Source: Ranitomeya imitator (Eukaryota). Taken from it: a DNA stretch of 64,000 nucleotides. Under the pieces are notes generated by a model. That model ran no database searches, had not been told where the DNA came from, and saw only the letters and a program-made list of their open reading frames with translations. Location of the stretch: positions 150,846,001-150,910,000 of the forward strand of contig NC_091290.1 of the NCBI RefSeq assembly GCF_032444005.1, in the 5' to 3' direction. Positions 1 through 11,452 of the stretch are shown in pieces. Position numbers and translations under genes: made by a program. How positions within the stretch are numbered: the stretch's first letter is position 1; every line of letters begins with the position of its first letter.

Positions 1-3000
1 TATACAGAGATACATGATAAGATCCTGTCAGCAGTCACCACTAGGGGGAGCTCCCTGTATACAGAGATACATGATAAGATCCTGTCAGCAGCCACCACTA
101 GGGGGAGCTCCCTGTATACAGAGATACATGATAAGATCCTGTCTGCAGCCACCACTAGGGGGAGCTTCCTGTATACAGAGATACATGATAAGATCCTGTC
201 TGCAGCCACCACTAGGGGGAGCTCCCTGTATACAGAGATACATGATAAGATCCTGCCTGCAGTCACCACTAGGGGGAGCTCCCTGTATACAGAGATACAT
301 GATAAGATCCTGTCTGCAGCCACCACTAGGGGGAGCTCCCTGTATACAGAGATACATGATAAGATCCTGTCTGCAGCCACCACTAGGGGGAGCTCCCTGT
401 ATACAGAGATACATGATAAGATCCTGCTTGCAGCCATCACTAGGGGGAGCTCCCTGTATACAGAGATATATAAGATCCTGTCTGCAGCCACCACTAGGGG
501 GAGCTCCCTGTATACAGAGATACATGATAAGATCCTGTCTGCAGCCACCACTAGGGGGAGCTCCCTGTATACAGAGATACATGATAAGATCCTGTCTGCA
601 GTTACCACTAGGGGGAGCTCCCTGTATACAGAGATACATGCTAAAATCCTGTCTGCGGTCACCACTAGGGGGAGCTCCCTGTATACAGAGATACATGATA
701 AGATCCTGCCTGCAGCCACCACTAGGGGGAGCTCCCTGTATACAGAGATATATAAGATCCTGTCTGCAGCCACCACTAGGGGGAGCTCCCTGTATACAGA
801 GATACATGATAAGATCCTGTCTGCAGCCACCACTAGGGGGAGCTCCCTGTATACAGATATACATGATAAGATCCTGTCTGCAGCCACCACTAGGGGGAGC
901 TCCCTATATACAGAGATATATAAGATCCTGTCTGCAGCCACCACTAGGGGGAGCTCCCTGTATACAGAGATACATGATAAGATTATATCTGCAGCCACCA
1001 CTAGGGGGAGCTCCCTGTATACAGAGATATATGATAAGATCATGTCTGCAGCCACCACTAGGGGGAGCTCCCTGTATACAGAGATACATGATAAGATCCT
1101 GTCTGCAGCCACCACTAGGGGGAGCTCCCTGTATACAGAGATACATGATAAGATCCTGCCTGCATCCATCACTAGGGGGAGCTCCCTGTATACAGATACA
1201 TGATAAGATCCTGTCTGCAGCCACCACTAGGGGGGAGCTCCCTGTATACAGAGATACATGATAAGATCCTGTCTGCAGCCACCACTAGGGGGAGCTCCCT
1301 GTATACAGATACATGATAAGATCCTGTCTGCAGCCACCACTAGGGGGAGCTCCCTGTATACAGAGATACATGATAAGACCCTGTCTGCAGCCACCACTAG
1401 GGGGAGCTCCCTGTATACAGAGATACATGATAAGATCCTGTCTGCAGTCACCACTAGGGGGAGCTCCCTGTATACAGAGATACATAAGATCCTTTCTGCA
1501 GCCACCACTAGGGGGAGCTCCCTGTATACAGAGATACATGATAAGATCCTGTCTGCAGCCACCACTAGGGAGAGCTCCCTGTATACAGAGATACATGATA
1601 AGATCCTGTCTGCAGTTACCACTAGGGGGAGCTCCCTGTATACAGAGATACATGCTAAAATCCTGTCTGCGGTCACCACTAGGGGGAGCTCCCTGTATAC
1701 AGAGATACATGATAAGATCCTGCCTGCAGCCACCACTAGGGGGAGCTCCCTGTATACAGAGATACATGATAAGATCCTGTCTGCAGTCACCACTAGGGGG
1801 AGCTCCCTGTATACAGAGATACATAAGATCCTTTCTGCAGCCACCACTAGGGGGAGCTCCCTGTATACAGAGATACATGATAAGACCCTGTCTGCAGCCA
1901 CCACTAGGGGGAGCTCCCTGTATACAGAGATACATGATAAGATCCTGTCTGCAGTCACCACTAGGGGGAGCTCCCTGTATACAGAGATACATAAGATCCT
2001 TTCTGCAGCCACCACTAGGGGGAGCTCCCTGTATACAGAGATACATGATAAGATCCTGTCTGCAGCCACCACTAGGGAGAGCTCCCTGTATACAGACATA
2101 CATAAGATCCTGTCTGCAGTCACCACTAGGGGGAGCTCCCTGTATACAGAGATACATGATAAGATCCCGCCTGCAGTCACCACTAGGGGGAGCTCCCTGT
2201 ATACAGAGATACATGATAACATCCTGTCTGCAGTCACCACTAGGGGGAGCTCTCTGTATATAGAGATACATGATAAGATCCTGTCTGCAGCCACCACTAG
2301 GGGGAGCTCCCTGTATACAGAGATACATGATAAGATCCTGTCTGCAGCCACCACTAGGGGGAGCTCCCTGTATACAGAGATACATGATAAGATCCTGTCT
2401 GCAGCCACCACTAGGGGGAGCTCCCTGTATACAGAGATACATGATAATATCCTGTCTGCAGCCACCACTAGGGGGAGCTCCCTGTATACAGAGATACATG
2501 ATAAGATCCTGCCTGCAGCCACCACTAGGGGGAGCTCCCTGTACACAGAGCTACATAAGATCCTGTCTGCAGCCACCATTAGGGGGAGCTCCCTGTATAC
2601 AGAGATACATGATAAGATCCTGTCTGCAGCCACCACTAGGGAGAGCTTCCTGTATACAGAGATACATAAGATCCTGTCTGCAGCCACCACTAGGGGGAGC
2701 TCCCTGTATACAGAGATACATGATAAGATCCTGCCTGCAGTCACCACTAGGGGGAGCTCCCTGTATACAGAGATACATGATAACATCCTGTCTGCAGTCA
2801 CCACTAGGGGGAGCTCTCTGTATATAGAGATACATGATAAGATCCTGTCTGCAGCCACCACTAGGGGGAGCTCCCTGTATACAGAGATACATGATAAGAT
2901 CCTGTCTGCAGCCACCACTAGGGGGAGCTCCCTGTATACAGAGATACATAAGATCCTGTCTGCAGCCACCACTAGGGGGAGCTCCCTGTATACAGAGATA

Positions 3001-3769
3001 CATGATAAGATCCTGTCTGCAGCCACCACTAGGGGGAGCTCCCTGTACACAGAGATACATGATAAGATCCTGTCTGCAGCCACCACTAGGGGGAGCTCCC
3101 TGTATACAGAGATACATAAGATCCTGTCTGCAGCCACCACTAGGGGGAGCTCCCTGTACACAGAGATACATGATAAGATCCTGTCTGCAGCCACCACTAG
3201 GGGGAGCTCCCTGTATACAGAGATACATGATAAGATCCTGTCTGCAGCCACCACTAGGGGGAGCTCCCTGTATACAGAGATACATAAGATCCTGTCTGCA
3301 GCCACCACTAGGGGGAGCTCACTGTACACAGAGATACATGATAAGATCCTGTCTGCAGCCACCACTAGGGGGAGCTCCCTGTACACAGAGATACATGATA
3401 AGATCCTGTCTGCAGCCACCACTAGGGGGAGCTCCCTATATACAGAGATACATGATAAGATCCTGTCTGCAGCCACCACTAGGGGGAGCTCCCTGTATAC
3501 AGAGATACATAAGATCCTGTCTGCAGCCACCACTAGGGGGAGCTCCCTGTATACAGAGATACATGATAAGATCCTGTCTGCAGCCACCACTAGGGGGAGC
3601 TCCCTGTACACAGAGATACATGATAATATCCTGTCTGCAGCCACCACTAGGGGGAGCTCCCTGTACACAGAGATACATGATAAGATCCTGTCTGCAGCCA
3701 CCACTAGGGGGAGCTCCCTGTACACAGAGATACATGATAAGATCCTGTCTGCAGCCACCACTAGGGGGA
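1..3769 (+). repeat. 55-bp tandem repeat (52-bp variants), about 68 copies, intronic in the meckelin-like gene; each unit has a CTCF-like motif
   Basis: Unit TATACAGAGATACATGATAAGATCCTGTCTGCAGCCACCACTAGGGGGAGCTCCCTG; the array runs off the window start. Confidence 0.97.
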
Positions 3770-3877
3770 TAACTTTTAAAGTTTAATTTATGTAAGTACA
3801 TACGGTGAGCTTTTTAAAGGTTGTAAGCTTACATTATCCATTTTTGAAACTGTGAAATACTGTGATATTTGCGGCAG

Positions 3878-3994
3878 GTGTCGGTTTTCATCCTGACTCA
3901 CAAGTGTTATGGATATTATATCCACGGACGGTCGGTGCATGGACAGGCGGACGTCAGTATGGAGGCTATGCTGGATCACCTGCGTAAAGAGGAG
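3878..3994 (+). CDS. TMEM67: Meckelin (TMEM67)-like, coding exon (117 bp)
   Basis: cag|GTG...GAG|gtacgt; VSVFILTHKCYGYYIHGRSVHGQADVSMEAMLDHLRKEE matches the meckelin motif CFGYYIHGRSVHG. Confidence 0.93.
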
Positions 3995-4252
3995 GTACGT
4001 GCAGCGTCGGACCGGAGCACCTTGGTCCCTCCAGAGAAAATCATTCTTGGGGCCCACTATGTAGCTACATAGAAATAAATACAAGACCACCAATTGTGCT
4101 GTAAAACACGCTAATATCAGGGTATAATATACAGTAAGGTAGTACACGGCTTTATGATTTAGCAGAGGTTGGGGTAGCTCCCTCATAGAACAGAATGCAA
4201 TCCTACAGTATTATGGCCACCACGTACTCACTCGCTCACTGATATGTATATA

Positions 4253-4560
4253 CCGTATTTTTCGGACCATAAGACGCACCTAGGCTGTAGAGGAGGAAAA
4301 TCGAAAAAAATTAGAAATAAAAAATGTAGTCAAGTCTGTACTAATATCCCCCACTGCTGCTGCTCTGCTCCGGACTCCGGTAAGTATTGTAAGTACCAGG
4401 GCCCTGAGCAGGCAGAGGGGCACTCACTGGCCCCCATCGCACGCCGGTGTCCTCAACAGCGAGTGACCTCCCCCCTCCTGCTCAGGGCCCCGTTACTTAC
4501 CCGGGTAACGACGCCAGCCCTGCTGCTCGCTATTAAAGTGTAATGAATATTCACTGCTCT
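4253..4560 (+). mobile_element. Truncated Tc1/mariner (Tigger-like) non-autonomous fragment
   Basis: TA followed by CCGTATTTTTCGGACCATAAGACGCA, a typical left terminus; no right terminus seen, right boundary approximate. Confidence 0.4.
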
Positions 4561-4870
4561 CACTATCCATGGGCGTGGAGAGCAGTGAATGTTCATTTCT
4601 CTTTAGCAGTGGGCACAGTCTTTATCTTCTGCCTCCTGTCACCCGTTGCTCCACAAGTGTCGGGCAGGCTCCCCTGACTGCCGCTATTAGCAACACACCA
4701 CTGGCTGGGGGGCCCTAGTCATCTGCCGGCCCTGTGTGCCTGCAGATGTCAGTGCCTGGGCCCACCGGACAATCCACTAGTTGGCCAGTCCGACCCTGGG
4801 TACATGCCATCTTCTAGAGGCCGGAATCCTTATCAGACAATCAGATTGTGACTTTTTCTGTCTCTCGCAG

Positions 4871-4987
4871 GAAAACTTGTGTCCCCTGCGCGGCTTGGAG
4901 CCCGGATCGGAGGTGCAGACGTTTGAGGTGCTGCTGAGCGAGCGGGTGCGGGAGCAGTACGAGAAGATCATGCAGCCCCTCATGGAG
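4871..4987 (+). CDS. TMEM67: Meckelin-like, coding exon (117 bp)
   Basis: cag|GAA...GAG|gtaatg; ENLCPLRGLEPGSEVQTFEVLLSERVREQYEKIMQPLME (human ENLCSQRGL...QTFE). Confidence 0.93.
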
Positions 4988-5100
4988 GTAATGGAGACCC
5001 TGCTGTTCCTGGCCACCAGCTATGTATAATGAGGGGGCAGGGGCGCTGTGCTTGTATGGGGGGTGCGGGGCTGCCGATGCTTAATCTGTTCTTGTTTTAG

Positions 5101-5205
5101 GCTCCCAGGGGCCCAAAGGGAGGAAACGACAAGAACCCAATGTTACAGCAAAGGATAAAAACTTATTACACCATTAACCGCTTCCTGTCCTGCTTCCTGG
5201 AGCAC
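5101..5205 (+). CDS. TMEM67: Meckelin-like, coding exon (105 bp)
   Basis: tag|GCT...CAC|gtgagg; APRGPKGGNDKNPMLQQRIKTYYTINRFLSCFLEH, in phase with neighbouring exons. Confidence 0.9.
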
Positions 5206-5702
5206 GTGAGGGGACTCTTTTAATTTCTATGTATGGTGTTAAAGGGGTCACATACTATTATGGGGAGGAGGGTCCCGTGATTTATGCTAAAATATGGGTT
5301 GGGGGGGGACTCTGCTTCATGTAAATCATGAACAATCATAAGAAGTGTATTTAGAATTTATTTGTTCCACTTTTTCTAGCTCTCTGCTTGCTGAGCGGGA
5401 ACGAAAACCTTTCCGGTTACAGGCGCAGAGTGAAAACTCGTCCGAACCGAAAGTTGTCATCAGCTTTGGGTTTGTTACACAGTATCCAGTGTAAACGACA
5501 GGCTGGAAGTGAGACTGAGACATTGTGACAAACCCTCTGCTGTGAGAAGTGTTAGGTCCTGTTCATGGTCAGCAAGCAGAGATTTTGAAAACGGTGAAGA
5601 AGTCCAGTACATGATCTGCTTGTACTGAAGGTGAGGTGTCGGATGGGGGGTGTCCTGGTGTTTCCTCTCCGTAGATAATGCCGCACCCCGTGTGTCCCGC
5701 AG

Positions 5703-5805
5703 GTCTATAAGGACATGGATTACTTGGTGAAGGACAAGCTGTTCCTGGAGAGCGTCCTGGACGTGGAGTTCCAGCAGCCGATCGACAGATCCATATTATA
5801 TACCG
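5703..5805 (+). CDS. TMEM67: Meckelin-like, coding exon (103 bp)
   Basis: cag|GTC...G|gtgag; VYKDMDYLVKDKLFLESVLDVEFQQPIDRSILYT (human MDYFIKDKLLLERILGMEF). Confidence 0.93.
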
Positions 5806-5940
5806 GTGAGAGGACGCCGACAACCCACATACTTCATTTACTAATAAGTTGTCACCCTTCTTTCCCAGAATCCTGAACAGTAAGTCCATCTCGTCCTATT
5901 CAATCCATCCTCTGCTCCAAGACATCTGGGAAACTGCCGG

Positions 5941-5989
5941 ACCACAACTCCCAGCATCCTGACGGCCATAAACTGCTGGGAGTTGTAGT
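5941..5989. repeat. Short foldback element (ACAACTCCCAGCA...TGCTGGGAGTTGT)
   Basis: 16-bp inverted arms around a 17-bp loop; a type of short palindromic repeat common in anurans. Confidence 0.7.
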
Positions 5990-6087
5990 TTAGCAGGAGT
6001 TGGATCAGTCTCGTTTGCGCCTCCGGACCCCAATTGTTCCCTCTCCTGGATCCGCACCCCCATCATCCTCCTATCTTTCCATTGCAG

Positions 6088-6230
6088 ACGATCGGTTCCG
6101 CTTCAGCCGGAATCTGTTCTACAGTAACGAGCTGGTGCTGCTGCTCTTCGACACCCTCCTGTTCTGCGTCATCGATCTGGGGACACAGAATTTTGTGCTG
6201 GCGACGATTATCACCTTCGTGGTGCAGACG
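6088..6230 (+). CDS. TMEM67: Meckelin-like, coding exon (143 bp), last transmembrane segment
   Basis: cag|AC...ACG|gtaagg; FSRNLFYSNELVLLLFDTLLFCVIDLGTQNFVLATIITF (human LLIFDLLFFCVVDLACQNF). Confidence 0.93.
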
Positions 6231-6339
6231 GTAAGGGTCTAGTCTGGAGTCTGTGAGCTAGATTTCAATATGGCTTCCGTCCACCCCCCAGAGGCTTACC
6301 CCGGGGGCCACACATGCACTAGGCTTGCTTCCGGAAGCT

Positions 6340-7262
6340 TCATTTTACCATGTCTTGTTCTAGAAAATGGGGAAAAAATTCCAATTGTGTTTAAATTGCA
6401 AAAAAAAAGTGCAATCTCACACTTGTTTTTTGTTTGGCTTTTTTGCTAGGTTCATTAAATGCTAAAACTGAGCTGCCATTATGGTTCTCCAGGTCATTAC
6501 GAGTTCATAGACACCAAACATGTCTAGGTTCCTTATTATCTCAGTGGTGACAAGAAATCCAAACTTTGTTTAAAAAAAAAAAAAAAAAATTTGCTCCATT
6601 TTCCGATACCTGTAGCATTTCCATTTTTCGAGATCTGGGGTCAGGTGGGGGCTGATGTATTTATTGATAACGTTTTTGTGCAGATATGTTCTTTTGATCT
6701 CCCGTTATTGCATTTTAATCCAATGTTGTGGTGACCAAAAAAAACCGGAATTCTGGCGTTTTGACTTTTTTTTTTTATCGGTACGGCGTTTAGCGATCAA
6801 GATAATCTTTTTTTATTGATCGGGCGATTCTGAACACGGCGATACCAAATATGTGTAGGTGTGTTTTTTTTTTTGTTTTTTTTAATTATTGTTTTATTTT
6901 GAATGGGGTGAATTGGGGGTGATTTAAATTTTTATATATTTTTTTAATTTTTGTAATATTTTTAAAAACTTTTTTTTTTTTTTTTACTTTTGTCATGCTT
7001 CAATAGTCTCGATGGGAGGCTAGAAGCTGATATAGCCTGATCGGCTCTGCTACTCACAGCAAGACCGGAACTGACAACCATAGAGGTCTACGGGGACCTC
7101 AGGTTGTCATGCCAACACACCGGTGACCTGCAATCTCGTGTCTGGGGTCACCGGTGTGCATATTTCAGTCCCAAAGCAGTGTTTGACAGTGGCATTTAAC
7201 GGGTTAAGTAGTGATTCCACCCGCGGCTATAGCGGACACATGTCGGCTGTTCAAAAGCAGAA
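6340..7262 (+). mobile_element. Terminally truncated copy of the 1.3-kb piggyBac-like MITE family, in the last meckelin-like intron
   Basis: Collinear with 54840-56114 (AAAGTGCAATC, TTCATAGACACCAAACATGTCTAG, GGGCGATTCTGAAC); boundaries approximate. Confidence 0.8.
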
Positions 7263-7320
7263 AGCTCAGGGCGGCCTCGATCAGTAACCGCAGATTCTTG
7301 CCTTTTTCTCCATTTTGCAG

Positions 7321-7401
7321 TTTGTGAAGATTTTGCGATCAGAAATTGGAAGGAAGAATTTGTCCATGCAAACGATGGTGGAGGAAAACTTCCTAATATG
7401 A
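7321..7401 (+). CDS. TMEM67: Meckelin-like, terminal coding exon (81 bp)
   Basis: ttttgcag|TTT...TGA; FVKILRSEIGRKNLSMQTMVEENFLI* (human ...GQKNLASKTLVDQRFLI*). Not in the ORF track. The six exons splice to 221 aa plus stop. Confidence 0.92.
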   Translation, partial: FVKILRSEIGRKNLSMQTMVEENFLI

Positions 7402-7408
7402 GACGGCG

Positions 7409-8546
7409 GAGAGCGGCGGCCATGTCCAGATACAGGCACGTACGGCAGAGAGCGGCGGCCATGTGCAGATACAGGCACGTACGGCAGAGAGCGGCGGCCA
7501 TGTGCAGATACAGGCACGTACGGCATAGAACGGCGGCCATGTGCAGATACAGGCACGTACGGCATAGAACGGCGGCCATGTGCAGATACAGGCACGTACG
7601 GCATAGAGCGGCGGCCATGTGCAGATACAGGCACGTACGGCAGAGAGCGGCGGCCATGTGCAGATACAGGCACGTACGGCATAGAACGGCGGCCATGTGC
7701 AGATACAGGCACGTACGGCAGAGAGCGGCGGCCATGTCCAGATACAGGCACGTACGGCAGAGAGCGGCGGCCATGTGCAGATACAGGCACGTACGGCAGA
7801 GAGCGGCGGCCATGTGCAGATACAGGCACGTACGGCAGAGAGCGGCGGCCATGTGCAGATACAGGCACGTACGGCAGAGAGCGGCGGCCATGTCCAGATA
7901 AAGGCACGTACGGCAGAGAGCGGCGGCCATGTGCAGATACAGGCACGTACGGCAGAGAGCGGCGGCCATGTGCAGATACAGGCACGTACGGCAGAGAGCG
8001 GCGGCCATGTGCAGATACAGGCACGTACGGCAGAGAGCGGCGGCCATGTGCAGATACAGGCACGTACGGCATAGAGCGGCGGCCATGTGCAGATACAGGC
8101 ACGTACGGCAGAGAGCGGCGGCCATGTGCAGATACAGGCACGTACGGCATAGAGCGGCGGCCATGTGCAGATACAGGCACGTACGGCAGAGAGCGGCGGC
8201 CATGTCCAGATACAGGCACGTACGGCAGAGCGGCGGCCATGTGCAGATACAGGCACGTACGGCAGAGAGCGGCGGCCATGTGCAGATACAGGCACGTACG
8301 GCAGAGAGCGGCGGCCATGTGCAGATACAGGCACGTACGGCAGAGAGCGGCGGCCATGTGCAGATACAGGCACGTACGGCAGAGAGCGGCGGCCATGTGC
8401 AGATACAGGCACGTACGGCAGAGAGCGGCGGCCATGTGCAGATACAGGCACGTACGGCAGAGAGCGGCGGCCATGTGCAGATACAGGCACGTACGGCAGA
8501 GAGCGGCGGCCATGTGCAGATACAGGCACGTACAGTAGAGAGCGGC
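7409..8546 (+). repeat. 39-bp GC-rich minisatellite, about 29 copies, starting 8 nt after the meckelin-like stop
   Basis: Unit GAGAGCGGCGGCCATGTGCAGATACAGGCACGTACGGCA. Confidence 0.97.
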
Positions 8547-8630
8547 CGCAATCAGAATCCCCCAATTTAAAAATCTAACAACTAATGTATCAAGAGGTTT
8601 CTCGAAATTCTCCACAAATTCTTATTTAAT

Positions 8631-8727
8631 GACTCCTGCAGTCCCATGTAACACCACAGATAACACAGTGATAACTCTCATAGTACAGATAATGTCTATG
8701 GTGTTACATGGGACTGCAGGGGACATG
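8631..8727. mobile_element. Short foldback element, same family as 63858-63950
   Basis: CTGCAGTCCCATGTAACACCA...TGGTGTTACATGGGACTGCAG inverted arms. Confidence 0.75.
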
Positions 8728-8794
8728 TACTTGCCAAACTCTCCCCTCCCCAGTCTGTCTTGAACGCTGCAGCCAGGATCATATTCCTCACTAT

Positions 8795-8956
8795 TAGTGA
8801 TGAGCGAATATACTCGTTACTCCAGATTTCCCAGCATGCTCGGGGGTCCTCCGAGTATTTTTTAGTGCTCGGAGATTTAGTTTTCATCGCCGCAGCTGAA
8901 TAATTTACATCTGTTAGCAGCATAAGTACATGTGGGGGTTCCCTAGCAACCAGGCA
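8795..8956 (+). mobile_element. Left half of a palindromic hAT MITE, truncated at the hairpin centre
   Basis: Begins TAGTGATGAGCG and matches the left arm of 51935-52222; ends abruptly at the TAT-rich repeat. Confidence 0.8.
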
Positions 8957-9520
8957 TATTATTATATCACTCTATATTATTATTATTACATCACACTATA
9001 TTATTATTATTGTTATTATTCTTACAATCATTTGATTATTATTACACTATACTATTATTATTATTATTGTTACAATCGCCAATATTACATCACACTATAC
9101 TATTATTATTATTGTTATTATTATATCACTCTATATTATTATTATTACATCACACTGTGGTATTATTATTATTATTATTGTTATTATATCACTCTATATT
9201 ATTATTACATCACTCTATATTATTATTATTATTGTTACAATCATTGATTATTATTACACTATACTATTCTTATTGTTACAATCACCAATATTACATCACA
9301 CTATACTATACTATTATTATTATTATATCACTCTATATTATTATTATTACATCATACTATATTATTATTATTGTTATAATCATTGATTATTATTACACTA
9401 TACTATTATTATTATTGTTATTATTATTATATCACTAATATTACATCACTCTATACTATTATTATTATTATTGTTACAATCGTTCTTATTAATATTGTTA
9501 CTATTGTTCTATTATCATGA
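8957..9520. repeat. (TAT)n-rich compound repeat
   Basis: TATTATTAT runs interleaved with TACATCACACTA/TATCACTCTA units. Confidence 0.92.
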
Positions 9521-9629
9521 TGAGTAGAGTCCTTGTGTTTGTGGACAGAACTACAAGTTGCAGCCAGCTGTGTCAGTAGTGGGGCTGCTGCGCCTTGTAG
9601 TTCCCTGACTGAGCCTTGTGTCCCCCCAG

Positions 9630-9784
9630 GTGTGCCCAGGTATCACTCCCAGTCCCCCAGCATGAACGACAGGAAGGAGTTTGTCTTCTCCTTTAATGCC
9701 ATGGCCTCCTCCATGCACGGGGGCAGCGGCTCCTACTACCACCAGCAGGTCAGCTACCAGGACATCAAGCCCTGTGTGATGTGA
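9630..9784 (+). CDS. FOXF1: Forkhead box F1 terminal exon (exon 2); exon 1 not found in the window
   Basis: ccccccag|GT (phase 1); (G)[64 protein letters not shown] and YQDIKPCVM are FOXF1-type (FOXF2 has DRKDFVLNFNG). Confidence 0.93.
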
Positions 9785-10173
9785 GGACCCTCGGATCGGG
9801 GCGGACCCCCAGTGTCACAGACCCCCAGTGTCACAGACCCCCAGTGTCACAGACAGTGAAGGACCATGCGTGGTGCTGATCCACAGGGACGAGACCACCT
9901 GCAACAATGTATCCGCCAGACCCTAATGTATCTCCCGCTGGGGGTCTCCAGACGTCGGTGGTCCTGCTGCAGGCCCGGAACCCTCCACACTTTGTGGCAC
10001 CTGTGATGTTTCCTTATATTTATTGATCCTGTACCGGCAGATCCGCGCCCCCTGCACTTATCACCAGGACTTTGGGGGCTTTTCTTGGCAATATTTGCCG
10101 TGTGAAGGGTTTTTGTTTTTTTTTTAACAATTTTGGTTGCTGTAAATTCAGAAGATTCGATGTTCGGTTTCTA

Positions 10174-10206
<33 letters not shown>

Positions 10207-10332
10207 CTTCGCTATAAACGACGCTTTGTATTTGGGAATTTTCCGATCTTATTTTTCTCTGCACTGTAAAAAAAAAAATATCATTTTTTTGTGTTTGTAA
10301 ATTTAAAAAAAAAAAAAAAAGGAAAAAATCAA

Positions 10333-10338
10333 AATAAA
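10333..10338 (+). promoter_or_regulatory. Candidate polyadenylation signal of FOXF1
   Basis: AATAAA about 550 nt after the stop, followed by T-rich sequence. Confidence 0.5.
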
Positions 10339-10529
10339 ATTTTTATTCTATTTGTTAATTTTAAGAGAAATTCTCATTATTTTATTTATTTAATAGATGT
10401 CACGGTAATGAGGAGATCGGCCATTATTCCCTTATGTCACAACACAAATGTAATTATTAAATGATCAAAGTGGAATTGCCCCAAACAGAGAAAAGGAGAA
10501 ATCCGAGAAATCTGATGGTGAAACCACTA

Positions 10530-10755
10530 CAAGTAGAAGTACTACAAGTACCATAAATACCACTATTACCACTAGAGGTACTACAAGTACCACTATTACC
10601 ACTAAAAGTACCACTATTACCACTATTATGAATACAAGTGCTACAAGTACCACTATCACTATTACCACTACAAGTACTACAAGTACCACTATTACCACTA
10701 CAAGTACCACTATTACCACTATTATGAATACAAGTGCTACAAGTAACACTATCAC
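10530..10755. repeat. Low-complexity ACTACAAGT/ACCACTATT compound repeat
   Basis: 9-bp-based repeated motifs. Confidence 0.85.
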
Positions 10756-11452
10756 TACTGCTCAAGTGTTCAGGGGGAGATGAGTGTCTGCAGCGTCTGT
10801 GGGGAGAAGAGGAAATAAAATGAAACAAACAATAACCTGCTGTGGAAGGGGGTGACTGTGACTTGGGGCCGGGAACAGCAGCCGCTCAGCACTAATCACA
10901 GCAAGATCCAAAATCCTTCATTCCCAAGAATCAGAACATTAAAGAAAGTTCATCTCTATAAAACTGCAGCCACTTTATGGGATGAATCCTCTGCAAATCT
11001 GCACAGAAATACTAATAACATAAAACCCATCAATCAATGTTCTGTTTCTGGATCTCTGCAGAATCTTTCTCCATCTCAGGGAAGGTTATTGGGACAATCA
11101 GTGATTATCTGATCAATCTCCATCATCCTCTGCTGAGGGTCTCGCTGCAGTCTTCATGGTTCTTTCTATTTGTTTCTTCCGGTATCTGATACATTCACCA
11201 TCTCATTATCAGGTATTTTGTGTCCGTTTTTGGTTCTGTAATCAGAGAAGAAGAAGAAGAATCTCCTCACTGAGCTGCTCCAGCCGGAGAGACTGTGCTG
11301 TTCTGTAGGCCACAGATATAAATGTGTAAGTGTAAGCCCCCCGGATCGGAGGCCGAGCCCCCATATAAGAGGTGGCACAGGCTCCTGGTGGGAAATAATC
11401 ACTTGTAACAGAGACAGATCGATGTCATTCTCTGAATCCAGACTCCTGCTCA

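Noticed and set aside
14-3786. Long ORFs (415, 844 and 842 aa and others) on both strands
   Set aside because: Translations of the 55-bp tandem repeat; open in many frames and located in an intron.
7196-8615. ORFs of 390-451 aa
   Set aside because: Products of the 39-bp minisatellite, whose period is divisible by three.
8930-9438. Tyr/Leu-rich ORFs
   Set aside because: Translation of the (TAT)n repeat.
6230-9630. In-frame meckelin-FOXF1 fusion by skipping the last meckelin exon
   Set aside because: Donor is phase 0 and acceptor phase 1; the product would be [11 protein letters not shown] rather than FOXF1 sequence.
10750-11450. Unique-looking sequence with short ORFs, considered as NLR or TRIM exon remnants
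   Set aside because: No convincing motif in any frame; left unannotated.
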